From a virus (lineage: Duplodnaviria > Caudoviricetes): 38,451 bases of DNA. Shown here one piece after another: positions 17,211 through 26,483 of the stretch. The translations under genes were made by a program, and so were the position numbers. Under the pieces are notes generated by a model that was not told the DNA's origin, made no database searches, and was given only the letters and a program-made list of their open reading frames with translations. The DNA is taken from IMG/VR virus record IMGVR_UViG_3300010376_000076, positions 1 to 38,451 of that record; one strand, written 5' to 3'. Positions within the stretch are counted from its first letter, which is position 1; the number at the start of each line of letters is the position of its first letter.

Positions 17211-18046
17211 CTCTAGGTAATCTCATTTACAGATGTAGAGCGGCTTTAGACGAGCCTGCTTACCCCACTCTCCCTAACACAACCGCCCAGTCTCCTCAAC
17301 AGCCTCGTCTTTACACTGACACTGAGCTAACAGAGTGGATTAATGATGGTTGTCGGGATATAGCACGGCGCTCCGAAACCCTCATAACCACAGACACCTC
17401 CATTCTCATCCCTGCCTACGGTGAGAACCCTGCTGCCCCTCCCCCCACTTACCCTCTCAATCTCGGCGTCAACCCCAACACTAACCCTTACGACCCTCTC
17501 CCCACTCCTGTTACCGCCTACTCTGACATTATCCGTATTAACCGGGTAGAGTTCCAGATTGCGGGAGATTCGTCACAGATCTACCCTTTAGAAAGCACGA
17601 GCCCTCAATATCTCGATAACATCTGGAACATTGACCAGCTATCCACTATGTCTTATCCTGCCTATTACTGTACGAGAGGTCATCCAGGGGGACAGGGGAG
17701 AGATACTTTTTCTATCCAACTCTTCCCTAATCCAGCACAAGCTGGTCAACTTAACATCTGGTACTATCGCCTCCCTGTTAGGATAGGTGACCCTCAAAAT
17801 GAGTCTAGCAACTATCAGGTTGTTATAGATCTTATAGAGGGCTGGGATGATATGGTTGTGGATTACGTGACGATGAAGGGGTTTATGAAGCAGCGTAATC
17901 CAGAGTGGCAGTCGTACAGGGATATGTACGAGGCCAAGGTCCAGAATATAATAGACCAGACTAGGAAGTTTGACGACCAGCCTCGTTACATGAACTACGA
18001 CACGATGGTTATGCCCTGGGCGTATGATAGTTGGGGAGGGTTCTAG
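17201..18046 (+). CDS. Head-to-tail adaptor (P22 gp4/T7 gp11 analogue)
   Basis: TLGNLIYRCRAALDE...YTDTELTEWINDGCRDIARR, IQLFPNP, LNIWYYRLP, WDDMVVDY. TTG17201 after GAGGT preferred over 17180. Confidence 0.7.
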   Translation: MPVTLGNLIYRCRAALDEPAYPTLPNTTAQSPQQPRLYTDTELTEWINDGCRDIARRSETLITTDTSILIPAYGENPAAPPPTYPLNLGVNPNTNPYDPLPTPVTAYSDIIRINRVEFQIAGDSSQIYPLESTSPQYLDNIWNIDQLSTMSYPAYYCTRGHPGGQGRDTFSIQLFPNPAQAGQLNIWYYRLPVRIGDPQNESSNYQVVIDLIEGWDDMVVDYVTMKGFMKQRNPEWQSYRDMYEAKVQNIIDQTRKFDDQPRYMNYDTMVMPWAYDSWGGF

Positions 18047-19390
18047 TTGCCTGTCCCTGGTACCCAAGCAGCGGTTAAAGCAGCCAAACCAGCCGCTCAA
18101 CAGCCTGCCAAAACTCCCCCTCCCCCCTTATCTAATGAGCAGTTTGAGTGGGATTACTTTATAGGGCAGGGGTTTTCTCCTGCTCAGGCGGCTGGGATAC
18201 TAGGTAACTTACAGCAAGAGTCGGGGTTTAACCCTGAGTCTGTGCAGCAGGGGGGTCCAGGGCGAGGGCTGGCGCAATGGTCTCAGGGTGGTAGATGGCA
18301 GCCTCAGGACATGACCGGTAATGTCCAGCAGGACATGACCAATCAGCTTAACTTTATTATGCAGGAGTTGCAGAGTAACCCCGGTTACGGTCTAGCCCAA
18401 CTCATGCAAGCCACTACCCCTGAGCAGGCTGCGGGTATCTTCTCTCAAGACTATGAGAGGCCTGGAGTGGTGGGAGGAAGAATACAGGATGCAGCTAATA
18501 TCTACGCTCAGGCTACTGGGCAGAACTCGGGGTTTGCTATGAATCCTTCTCAGGCCACTCAGGCTTTGCCAGGAGGGTTGAGTGGGCAGGCGGCTCTTAA
18601 CGCTGGAGCGGCGGGACAGTTAGCTCCTATAGGCGCAGGAGCCGCTACACAGTATGCTGGGTTAGGATTGCAGCAGGGGGCGGCAGCCGGTCAGCAGCAA
18701 GTAACAGACACTCAGTTATATCAGCAGCTACAGAATACTCTAGCTAATCTAGGCTTATCAGAGGAGTCTCTGGGTATACAGCGTACTGGACTAGGGGAGC
18801 AGCAGAAGTATCAATCAGGAGAGTATGCTCTATCTCAGCAAGATATCCAACAGGCTTTAGCTAACCTTAAGACGGAGTATGGTCTTCAGGGGCAACAGTT
18901 GGGTTTAGAGAGGTTGCAGGCCGGTCAGCAGTTCGGGCAGAGTATGCAGCAGGCAGAGTCAGGGTTGGCGGGCTCCGGGGTGTACAATACAGGGACTCGG
19001 GGCATGACTGAGACTCCTATCCAGCAGCAATATGCTAACACTCTAGCCGGTCTGGGTATCCAGCAACAGCAGGAAGCTCAAGCCTATAAGTATGGTGTGC
19101 AGCAGGAGCAGCAGCAGGCTAAGTCGGGAGCGTTAACTAACACATATCAGCAGCAGCAGATCCAGAACGCTCTAGCTAATCTCGGTATCTCTCAGCAGCA
19201 GCTAGGTCTCCAAGGCCAGTATGCTCAGCAGGAGTATAGTACTGGGATCCAGGGGGCAGCTAACGCTTACGAAGCTCAGCTAGCTCAGATGATGCAGCAG
19301 GCAGGACAGATACAGTCGTCTACAGCAGCGCAGGCCAGTCAACTATACCAGGGGGCTCTTAACGCCTTCGGTGGATATGGAGTTGGATAA
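18047..19390 (+). CDS. Internal virion (ejection) protein with N-terminal phage tail lysozyme (Phage_lysozyme2-like) domain and Gln-rich coiled coil
   Basis: GFSPAQAAGILGNLQQESGFNP (catalytic Glu), GRGLAQWS, QLNFIMQEL, ATTPEQAA..FSQDYERPG, followed by ~270 aa of Q/A/G-rich helix. Confidence 0.85.
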   Translation: MPVPGTQAAVKAAKPAAQQPAKTPPPPLSNEQFEWDYFIGQGFSPAQAAGILGNLQQESGFNPESVQQGGPGRGLAQWSQGGRWQPQDMTGNVQQDMTNQLNFIMQELQSNPGYGLAQLMQATTPEQAAGIFSQDYERPGVVGGRIQDAANIYAQATGQNSGFAMNPSQATQALPGGLSGQAALNAGAAGQLAPIGAGAATQYAGLGLQQGAAAGQQQVTDTQLYQQLQNTLANLGLSEESLGIQRTGLGEQQKYQSGEYALSQQDIQQALANLKTEYGLQGQQLGLERLQAGQQFGQSMQQAESGLAGSGVYNTGTRGMTETPIQQQYANTLAGLGIQQQQEAQAYKYGVQQEQQQAKSGALTNTYQQQQIQNALANLGISQQQLGLQGQYAQQEYSTGIQGAANAYEAQLAQMMQQAGQIQSSTAAQASQLYQGALNAFGGYGVG

Positions 19391-20148
19391 TGTCGTTCGT
19401 TCACCCTGGTCCCATTCAGGCTCCCCCTAACACTCAGACACAGCAGACTGTTGGTCCTGGCCCTGCTCTCGTCCCTGGCCCCCAAGCAGCCCCTCCCCCC
19501 AATGTAGGCCAGATCCTCAAGACTATCTCCCATTACAACTACGGTCAGGAATCCAACCCTGGTCAAGCCTCCTCCATAGCTAAGAACCTAGCTAATGAGA
19601 TAATGAATATGTCTCCTAAGGATGCTCAGAAGGTTCTTAAGCAGATAGCTGGGACTACATTAGGCTCAGATGTCCAGGGTATCATTTCCCCTACCTCTGC
19701 CCCTACAGCAACCCTTCCCCAGTTCAACATGGGGTCTATGTTCACTCAAGCTATAGCCCCTTTCCTCCAGTCTCAGGAACAGATGGGTAATCAGGAGGTT
19801 GGGGAGTTGGCTAAGTCGGCAGAGGGAGCCCTCTCTAACGCCTCTCCAGCCCTGAAGCAAGCCTACTCTGTTGGTATACCAGCCCTTCAGGGTGCCTTAA
19901 CTAACCAGAATATAGCAGATACCACAGCCGCAGCTACCGCTCCGGAGTGGGATAACATGCTTAACCAGGTTAATCAGATGGTGCAGAACTACAAGCTTGC
20001 TCAAGCGGCTGCCCAGGCCGAACCTTATTGGGCTGCAACCACCGGTCAGGGTGTCGCACCCTCCACTGGGGCCGCACAGCAGGCTAACAACTTTGTCACT
20101 CAAATGCAGCAGCAGATCCTTAACCAGCAGGCTCAAAATCAGGGGTAA
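19390..20148 (+). CDS. Putative internal virion (ejection) protein
   Basis: 252 aa, Gln/Ala-rich helical, between the lysozyme-bearing and the largest virion gene. Confidence 0.6.
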   Translation: MSFVHPGPIQAPPNTQTQQTVGPGPALVPGPQAAPPPNVGQILKTISHYNYGQESNPGQASSIAKNLANEIMNMSPKDAQKVLKQIAGTTLGSDVQGIISPTSAPTATLPQFNMGSMFTQAIAPFLQSQEQMGNQEVGELAKSAEGALSNASPALKQAYSVGIPALQGALTNQNIADTTAAATAPEWDNMLNQVNQMVQNYKLAQAAAQAEPYWAATTGQGVAPSTGAAQQANNFVTQMQQQILNQQAQNQG

Positions 20149-20151
20149 AAG

Positions 20152-23100
20152 GTGGGCAAATCTGAGCTACAGACTTCTGCTAACGACTGGCAGAAGAGGG
20201 CTAGTAAGTACACGGCAGCAGGTATCCCTCAAAACATCTGGGGGCCTATAGCTCAGAGGGATATGAGTAATACATATCATCTCGGCTCTGCTCCTATGAA
20301 CAATGCCGAGGCTGATATTGAGGTTTACTCGGCTTTTCACGGTAATGCGGCTGTAGCTCAGGGGCCAACACATAAGAGTGGGATACTAGGGGCGCTGGAG
20401 ACTGCTCTTAATCCGGGTAATATCCTATCTGACGTGGGTGGAATCATTACTGCTCTGCCTAGAGGGGTAACTACTATAGGGAAGGATCTGGCTAGCCCTC
20501 ATCAGTGGGAGATAGCCCTAGAGGATCTGGTTAAAGGGACTGAGCAGACCGCTACAGGGCACTGGGGGGAGGGGGCTAGAACTGAAGACCAGAGCGCCTT
20601 ACTTAACTTAGTGCCAGGGTTGAACGATCTAGCCCAGTCCACTACACCGCAGGGCAGATTACAGTTAGAGGAGCATCCTGTTACTGCCATGCTGGACGTG
20701 GCCCCGGCTGGTAAGGCGATAGGGGCGGCGGCGGGGGTTCTGAAGGTAGGAGAGGAAGGGTCGAGCGAGGCGGCACAGGCGCTCAGGGCCGGTCAGCCGC
20801 TCAAAGCCGCCGTCAAGGCCGCTGATACCTCTCTGCTCCAGGGAAGGGCAGGAGCGGCCACACAGAGCATCCTCAAACGAGCCAAGCTGGATGCCGACAG
20901 CCGTGCCCTCTCCTCTGCCATCAACCGACACAATCTGACCGCTAAAGGCAAAGTTCGCCGTACTGTCGCCAACCCTCTTAAAAGGATCTATGGCAACTTC
21001 ACTCCCGATGAGCTAAACTCTTACACCCAGAAAATCATTGGTCGGGACTTGAAGCCTGGCTCTGTAGACATTACAGAGACCATGACTCCCAAGGAGTTAG
21101 CTATCCACGACGCCACCGAGGCATGGGCGGCTAACGAAGTAGCCACAGCCCTTAAAGACAATGATATGAAGGTGCCATTCGGTGACAAGTACCCTGGTGC
21201 TCTGTATCCTGCTGAGGCTCCTATAGTTCGGGCTGTTAATAAGGAGAAGGCGGCAGCTAACCGGCTGGAGAGAAATGAGGATCATCTAGCAGAGCGGGAG
21301 GCTGTACTGTCTCGTGCCACCCAGCGTCGTAATATCAAAGTCCTCCAAGCCAAGAAGCTCCTAGACCGTCTTCAGGCTGGCGGTAAAGTTAAAATGTCCT
21401 CTCAGATTAGAATGAGAAGGGAGTTGCGTTATGCTAATGATCGGGTTGCGTCCCTGGAGCGTCAGGTCTCTAATGCCCACGATACAATCCAGAATACTCA
21501 AGAGAAGTTAACTAAGGCGGGGGAGGATGTATCGAAGAAACTCTACATGGACCCTCCCGCTATTCTGCACCCTCTGATAGATAAGCTCTGGCGGCAGTAT
21601 GTAGGGGAGTCTGTCAAAAAACTCCCCCCAGCCGAGCAAACCAAGATGCTGGAGAAGATAGATAAGCTCTACTCTATCTCCTCTCTTAACGAGGCTTTCA
21701 AGGATATCAACAAGAAGCAGCGTTACGACATCTTTGAGGAGTATGTAGGGAAGGAGGAGGCGGATAAGCTTAAGGCCGATGCCATAGAGACAGCCCTCAA
21801 CCTCTCTGAAAAAGGCCTCAAGCCCATCTTCCTCCACCAATATCCCGATTCTGACTCTATCTTCAACGCCCACATCGCAGCGGAGAGGGATATAAGTGAG
21901 GCTCAGGTCCGGCATCGTATCCTTAACCCAGCCTCATCCCACGTTAACGTAGTTTACGCTCTCGCCGGTGCAGCGATTAACCGTATTAACAGGGCCGGTA
22001 TGCAGGCCGTGTTTTATGGGGATAAGAGTTATGGTGGTATGCAAGCTCTCGGTAAGCATGAAACCGATATCCTCCCTGCTGCTGAGCAGGCCATGCGTAC
22101 CTACATGGAGAAGGGGAAGACTTACAATAACCATGTCATAACTGAGGATAATATAGAGGCGAGGGCCAGGGAGTTACTATCCCGAACCTGGACTAAGTTT
22201 GACTTTGAGAAGTATGGTGTGCGTCCCCCCAAGTCTCTCCCTAAGCGTGGTGACTTCTATCTCCCGAAAGAGATAATGGATAACCTTGAATCCTTTACTA
22301 GGGGTAAAGGATATAAAGGTGTGTCCGGGGTGTTCGACCATCCTGTATACCGGGGTGGTATGCGGCTGTTCTACACTTCAGTCCTGTTTGGTCCCCGCCA
22401 CTTTGCCCACGTTGTTATCGGTGGGATAATGCCTCTGTTAATGGAGCACCCTTCTGCTCTACTGGAGGTCCCTGGTCTCTGGAAGCCTATGTGGAATCTC
22501 TCCAAGTACGGAGAACTAGCCGACCTTCAACATCTTCCAGACTGGATCCAGAGCATTATCGGCGGGAAGTATGATTACAGAGAGGAGATCGGTACTAAGC
22601 TGTGGATGCAGAAGTCTGGTTCTACTCTGGCTCGTTGGTTCCAGGAGGCTCATAAAGCAGGTAATAAGTTTGGCGACCCTCTTGTTACTGTAGAGGATTT
22701 CGCTCAGACCTTATACCAGGGTGCCAGTATCCTTAGGGACATAAAGAAGGGGAAGAGGGATCCTATCGAGGCTGTAGAACATGCCAGGAGACTGGTAGTT
22801 AACATGGATGGGATGTCTCCTTTTGAGCGTACCATCCTCAAGCAAGTCTTCCCGTTCTACACGTTCACCAGGTTCGCCACCAAGTTCCTGGTCCGTCTGC
22901 CTTTCGACCATCCTCTTCGTGTGGCTGTCCTGTCCCAGATGGCTAACCAGGCCCGTCAAGAGTGGGGTACCGGTCTCCCCCAGACCTTAATGTCCCTCTT
23001 CTTTATCGGCCATCCTAACGCCTCGGGTAATATGTGGACCGTTAACTTCCGTAACGCCAACCCGTTCCGTTCCCTGTCCAATCAGTTCACCCTCTCCGGC

Positions 23101-23697
23101 TTTGTAACCTCTATGAACCCGGCCCTCCAAGCTCCCTTTATAGCTATGGGCTTTAACCCGTTCGTTGGCTCAGGCAACCTTTACCCTCAAACCGCCTACG
23201 ATCCTGCTACCGGCTCTCTTAAGGCAGCCACTCCTAAAGGTGACTGGATGATGGTGGCTGAGCAGTTCGTCCCGGAGCTAGGGGCTGTGGATGCTTATGT
23301 GGGGGTCTCGGATAATATGCGTACACTCAAAGCTGCCGATCCCGCTTCCTTTGACCGGCAGCTTATGAACATGCTCAATATCCCCTTCCAGCCTTCCCAC
23401 TACAATCTCCCTCAACTCCGGGGCCGTGTCGCTAAGGATCAGTACATAGCAGCCCAGCAGGCTCTCTCGGCTTTCCGCAAGTCAGGAGATTACTCCGGGA
23501 CCATAGGTAAGTTTAACCTCGTCCCCTACAACGGATATCTTATCTCTCCTGCTCAGTTCCGTGCCTGGTGGGAACAGATGCAGGCCTACTACTCTAAGCT
23601 CTATCCAGGTGCAGCCACATCGGCGGTTATACCTAAGCCGCCTCAACAAACCACTAACACTCTTGCCCAACTAGACCAGATATATGGGGGCAGTTAA
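20152..23697 (+). CDS. Large internal virion (DNA ejection) protein
   Basis: 1181 aa, mostly helical with a coiled coil. C-terminal MSPFERTILKQVFPFYTFTR pattern is typical of large podoviral ejection proteins. Confidence 0.65.
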   Translation: MGKSELQTSANDWQKRASKYTAAGIPQNIWGPIAQRDMSNTYHLGSAPMNNAEADIEVYSAFHGNAAVAQGPTHKSGILGALETALNPGNILSDVGGIITALPRGVTTIGKDLASPHQWEIALEDLVKGTEQTATGHWGEGARTEDQSALLNLVPGLNDLAQSTTPQGRLQLEEHPVTAMLDVAPAGKAIGAAAGVLKVGEEGSSEAAQALRAGQPLKAAVKAADTSLLQGRAGAATQSILKRAKLDADSRALSSAINRHNLTAKGKVRRTVANPLKRIYGNFTPDELNSYTQKIIGRDLKPGSVDITETMTPKELAIHDATEAWAANEVATALKDNDMKVPFGDKYPGALYPAEAPIVRAVNKEKAAANRLERNEDHLAEREAVLSRATQRRNIKVLQAKKLLDRLQAGGKVKMSSQIRMRRELRYANDRVASLERQVSNAHDTIQNTQEKLTKAGEDVSKKLYMDPPAILHPLIDKLWRQYVGESVKKLPPAEQTKMLEKIDKLYSISSLNEAFKDINKKQRYDIFEEYVGKEEADKLKADAIETALNLSEKGLKPIFLHQYPDSDSIFNAHIAAERDISEAQVRHRILNPASSHVNVVYALAGAAINRINRAGMQAVFYGDKSYGGMQALGKHETDILPAAEQAMRTYMEKGKTYNNHVITEDNIEARARELLSRTWTKFDFEKYGVRPPKSLPKRGDFYLPKEIMDNLESFTRGKGYKGVSGVFDHPVYRGGMRLFYTSVLFGPRHFAHVVIGGIMPLLMEHPSALLEVPGLWKPMWNLSKYGELADLQHLPDWIQSIIGGKYDYREEIGTKLWMQKSGSTLARWFQEAHKAGNKFGDPLVTVEDFAQTLYQGASILRDIKKGKRDPIEAVEHARRLVVNMDGMSPFERTILKQVFPFYTFTRFATKFLVRLPFDHPLRVAVLSQMANQARQEWGTGLPQTLMSLFFIGHPNASGNMWTVNFRNANPFRSLSNQFTLSGFVTSMNPALQAPFIAMGFNPFVGSGNLYPQTAYDPATGSLKAATPKGDWMMVAEQFVPELGAVDAYVGVSDNMRTLKAADPASFDRQLMNMLNIPFQPSHYNLPQLRGRVAKDQYIAAQQALSAFRKSGDYSGTIGKFNLVPYNGYLISPAQFRAWWEQMQAYYSKLYPGAATSAVIPKPPQQTTNTLAQLDQIYGGS

Positions 23698-23912
23698 TGA
23701 TTACGAACCTTAAACTAAAGATGCTGCAAGAGGTCGGTCCTCAGAAGCAGAACAAGTTAGCTCATGAGCTAGGGATTAACCAGGCCCGGATGTCACAGTA
23801 CATGACTGGGACCCGCACAATCCCCGCCCACCACCTTCTAGTCCTTGCTCGCTACTTCCAATGCCCTACTACAGATCTGATAGGGTACACAGATATTCCA
23901 AGAGTGTCGTGA
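23697..23912 (+). CDS. XRE-family helix-turn-helix protein
   Basis: KQNKLAHELGINQARMSQYMTGTRTIP...LARYFQC..TDLIG. TAATG-coupled to the ejection gene. Confidence 0.85.
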   Translation: MITNLKLKMLQEVGPQKQNKLAHELGINQARMSQYMTGTRTIPAHHLLVLARYFQCPTTDLIGYTDIPRVS

Positions 23913-24025
23913 CCGACGCCGACTGGATTAGTCTAGTCGGGGGAGTCAGTTCACTTATTACCGCTCTTACAGGGTTATACCTCGTGGTTCGCCGTCGTCG
24001 GGGACGATGGAGAGACTTGGACTAG
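23909..24025 (+). CDS. 38-aa single-TM peptide MTDADWISLVGGVSSLITALTGLYLVVRRRRGRWRDLD, absent from the ORF track
   Basis: GTGA overlap with the HTH stop. Hydrophobic segment followed by an RRRRGR cluster. Confidence 0.55.
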   Translation: MTDADWISLVGGVSSLITALTGLYLVVRRRRGRWRDLD

Positions 24026-24179
24026 CGCATCTATGATCTCTGCCTCTTATCTGTGAGTCGGCTCTTGTTTGAGAGATACCACCTATACCACAGTCCCGGC
24101 ACAACCATGACCACCACCTCCCTTTAACCTTTCCCACAATGCAGCTTCCCCAGATCTCATCCACATACCTAGCTGCCAT
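23967..24179 (-). CDS. Small putative zinc-binding protein
   Basis: WLCRDCG...HRC. TAATG coupling upstream. Last gene of the leftward arm. Confidence 0.55.
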   Translation of the reverse strand: MAARYVDEIWGSCIVGKVKGRWWSWLCRDCGIGGISQTRADSQIRGRDHRCASPSLSIVPDDGEPRGITL

Positions 24180-24268
24180 TAGTGTATAGCCTTTCCCACT
24201 TCAACGCAGATGATGGTCCAGACGAAAAAGGCTATAACTAAATCCCACCTTACCTCATCTCTGGTCAT
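24179..24268 (-). CDS. 29-aa single-TM peptide MTRDEVRWDLVIAFFVWTIICVEVGKAIH
   Basis: Read directly. ATGA overlap with the nuclease stop and TAATG overlap with the next gene. Confidence 0.55.
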   Translation of the reverse strand: MTRDEVRWDLVIAFFVWTIICVEVGKAIH

Positions 24269-24945
24269 TTCCTTCTCCGCACTCTAGGTGCCATTGGCGG
24301 AGGCTCTTTAACAGTACAAATCATTTTCTCTATCCTCTCCGCAGTTTTCTTCCCAATCCCTTCAACCTTGCTAAGATCACCGACAAGGGCAAAAGGCAGT
24401 CCACCATAGTAATCTCGGATAGCTTTGGCTCTTTCATATCCCAAACCGGGCAACCCTTGCAGAAAGTGTATCTGCCATTCTTCCGTGTCCGGCTTGCCAA
24501 ACATACCTCTCGCCGCCTGACGATGATTAGTGCCACTATGCTTCTCCTTTTGGCACCACTTTTCTAGCGATAATAGCAATAGTCCAGTCTCCTGGATTGT
24601 CGTCGTAGATAAGATCGAGAACCCTTGAAAAGAAAGAGATAGCAACAGGCCGTGATGGTGTTGCCGTGTGTATCTTGCCCTCGTCCACATGGCATCGCCA
24701 CTCGACGTAAACTGCGGCATCCCCTCTATTATCCATAATGCCCAATCTAACTCCTTAAGTAGTATAACTTCCCTTGCTAATCTGTCATCGTTGAGGCTGG
24801 CTACGAGGTCGCTTAACTCTTTTCTCTGAACCCCGACCATCCCCATTGTGCCCTGTATAAGAAAATCGGCACCGTACTCCTCACACAGAGAGGATACGGT
24901 GCCGATCTCTTTCAACATCTTAGGCTCGGCAGGGCTAACCAGCAC
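24265..24945 (-). CDS. XPF/ERCC4 (Mus81/Hef-like) structure-specific endonuclease with tandem HhH motifs
   Basis: GADFLI...VGVQRKELSDLVAS..DDRL...LWIIEG (variant of GDx(n)ERKxxxD). HhH motifs LQGLPGLGYERAKAI and LSKVEGIGKKTAERI. Confidence 0.85.
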   Translation of the reverse strand: MLVSPAEPKMLKEIGTVSSLCEEYGADFLIQGTMGMVGVQRKELSDLVASLNDDRLAREVILLKELDWALWIIEGMPQFTSSGDAMWTRARYTRQHHHGLLLSLSFQGFSILSTTTIQETGLLLLSLEKWCQKEKHSGTNHRQAARGMFGKPDTEEWQIHFLQGLPGLGYERAKAIRDYYGGLPFALVGDLSKVEGIGKKTAERIEKMICTVKEPPPMAPRVRRRK

Positions 24946-25087
24946 CGTACTTATACTCGTCTTCCTCTTTGTTCTCTATCTCCACCACCGGTATCTCATA
25001 CTCGTCACATACAACACACCAGCTTCTTCCCATCTGTCCTGGCCGGTTGACCAGCCCCCCACATTTCCCACATCTCCACTCAGTCAT
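24935..25087 (-). CDS. 50-aa zinc-ribbon protein (CGKC...CVVC), absent from the ORF track
   Basis: Read directly: MTEWRCGKCGGLVNRPGQMGRSWCVVCDEYEIP...; fills the gap with short overlaps. Confidence 0.65.
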   Translation of the reverse strand: MTEWRCGKCGGLVNRPGQMGRSWCVVCDEYEIPVVEIENKEEDEYKYGAG

Positions 25088-25226
25088 CAAACAGACTATA
25101 CCTTTCATGTGACAGATTCTTGTGTATCCTAGCTATCTCTGAGGCCAACTTCTCATCCCCATACCTACCAAACTCCCCACAGATCTCACAATATACCTGG
25201 TAAGTTACCCCGATCCTCTTCTTCAC
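25080..25226 (-). CDS. 48-aa C2H2-like zinc-binding protein
   Basis: CEICG...IHKNLSH. GTG25226 is the plausible start; the longer ORF-track version overlaps the endolysin. Confidence 0.6.
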   Translation of the reverse strand: MKKRIGVTYQVYCEICGEFGRYGDEKLASEIARIHKNLSHERYSLFDD

Positions 25227-25267
25227 CGAGGTCCTAACCTCAGTCTTAGTCTGCTGCCTCTCCTTTT

Positions 25268-26062
25268 TTACGTTACCGGGTACGTCCAGGTTGCGATCCA
25301 TGTCTGTGGTCCTACTATCCCGTCTACTGTTAGCTTCTTCTCTGTCTGGAACTGTTTGCATATTGTCTCGCTCTGTGGTCCGTATACTCCGTCTATTGTT
25401 ATTGTCCAGTGTCGTGCGCTCATTTGCTGTTGCCACATGCGGATGTCGTTACCTGACATTAAAGGGTTAGTTAAGTAGATGAGCCTGCCGGGGAATGGAG
25501 GGTAGGTGGCTCCAGGGGCGGGCTCGTAAGGGTTGGGGACCGGGGTCGGCTGAGGTTGAGGGGTGGGAACGGCTGACCCTTGAGCCTTCTGGATGATGAC
25601 AGGCCTCTGTGCCTTCCTGAGATCCCCTGGACAGCCCGGATGGTTACCCCAGGCCACCCCGCCCATTCCGTGCCAGCCTAGGCCGCTCTGGCCGGGTACG
25701 TCCGCCTCGGCATAGTGGATCGAGCTATACCTCCCCACACACCATCTAAACAACTTGCCGAACTGATCCACCTGCTGCTCTGTTAAAGCCTCAGTAGTGA
25801 ACCCTTCAGTCTCGACACTCAGATAACTAGCATTCCCGGCTGCCTGAGCCCAAGCCACTACATCAGTATCGACATACTGCTCTACCACTCCCGCCTTACT
25901 TATCCAAAAGTGGGAACTCACGCCGCTAGCCGGGTTGTTGAACCACCCTTGCAGCCCTCCATTATCTTCCTGCACATGCAGGACTACACCCACATGGCTG
26001 GTCATCAGCCCACCGTGATTATTGACCGGCTTCCAGACTGCTCCCGGATACGGACTAGACAT
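25268..26062 (-). CDS. Endolysin: N-acetylmuramoyl-L-alanine amidase (Amidase_2) + Pro-rich linker + peptidoglycan-binding domain
   Basis: VVLHV, SSHF, AWAQ..GN...SVETEG, GWH...HPGCPG zinc-amidase motifs. C-terminal IDGVYGPQS...FQ....LTVDGIVGPQTW (PG_binding_1 pattern). AAGGAG RBS. Confidence 0.92.
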   Translation of the reverse strand: MSSPYPGAVWKPVNNHGGLMTSHVGVVLHVQEDNGGLQGWFNNPASGVSSHFWISKAGVVEQYVDTDVVAWAQAAGNASYLSVETEGFTTEALTEQQVDQFGKLFRWCVGRYSSIHYAEADVPGQSGLGWHGMGGVAWGNHPGCPGDLRKAQRPVIIQKAQGSAVPTPQPQPTPVPNPYEPAPGATYPPFPGRLIYLTNPLMSGNDIRMWQQQMSARHWTITIDGVYGPQSETICKQFQTEKKLTVDGIVGPQTWIATWTYPVT

Positions 26063-26234
26063 TTACTCTCCTTAGTTCATTGGCGCTACACACTTTCCCC
26101 CGATTATCTAGAATCAGAAAGTCCCCTTCACTATGTTTGTAAGCCCAAGAGAGGGCCAGAAAGGGGTCGGTGAACCTGCTGTATCTAAGAGGCTTCCGTG
26201 TGTCTGCATCTATTACCATATAGCCAGATCGCAC
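26055..26234 (-). CDS. 59-aa hypothetical protein (MRSGYMVIDADTRKP...), absent from the ORF track
   Basis: AAAGGAGG RBS, GTG26234, stop overlaps the endolysin start. Confidence 0.6.
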   Translation of the reverse strand: MRSGYMVIDADTRKPLRYSRFTDPFLALSWAYKHSEGDFLILDNRGKVCSANELRRVNV

Positions 26235-26246
26235 CGACCCCCTCCT

Positions 26247-26483
26247 TTATATTAGTCTCCGGGCCTTAACGGCTAGGAGAGCCGCCGACATGGCGCACAG
26301 CTTTCCATCATCACTGCAATACCCACCTAGTTGCTGGTCTGTAACCGAGGATCCTTCCCGGATAGCATCGGCCAGGGTGTAGTTCATGCTCTTCTCAACG
26401 TTGAGCAGATCTATCTCTTCCTGGACATCCTGCTCTAGAAGAGCCCTCAACTCTTCTATCTTCATTTCATCTATTGCTGGCAC
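26247..26483 (-). CDS. Conserved-type phage protein (TLADAIREGS...CAMSAA)
   Basis: 78 aa, GGAG RBS. Motif resembles small actinophage proteins (from memory). Confidence 0.7.
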   Translation of the reverse strand: MPAIDEMKIEELRALLEQDVQEEIDLLNVEKSMNYTLADAIREGSSVTDQQLGGYCSDDGKLCAMSAALLAVKARRLI

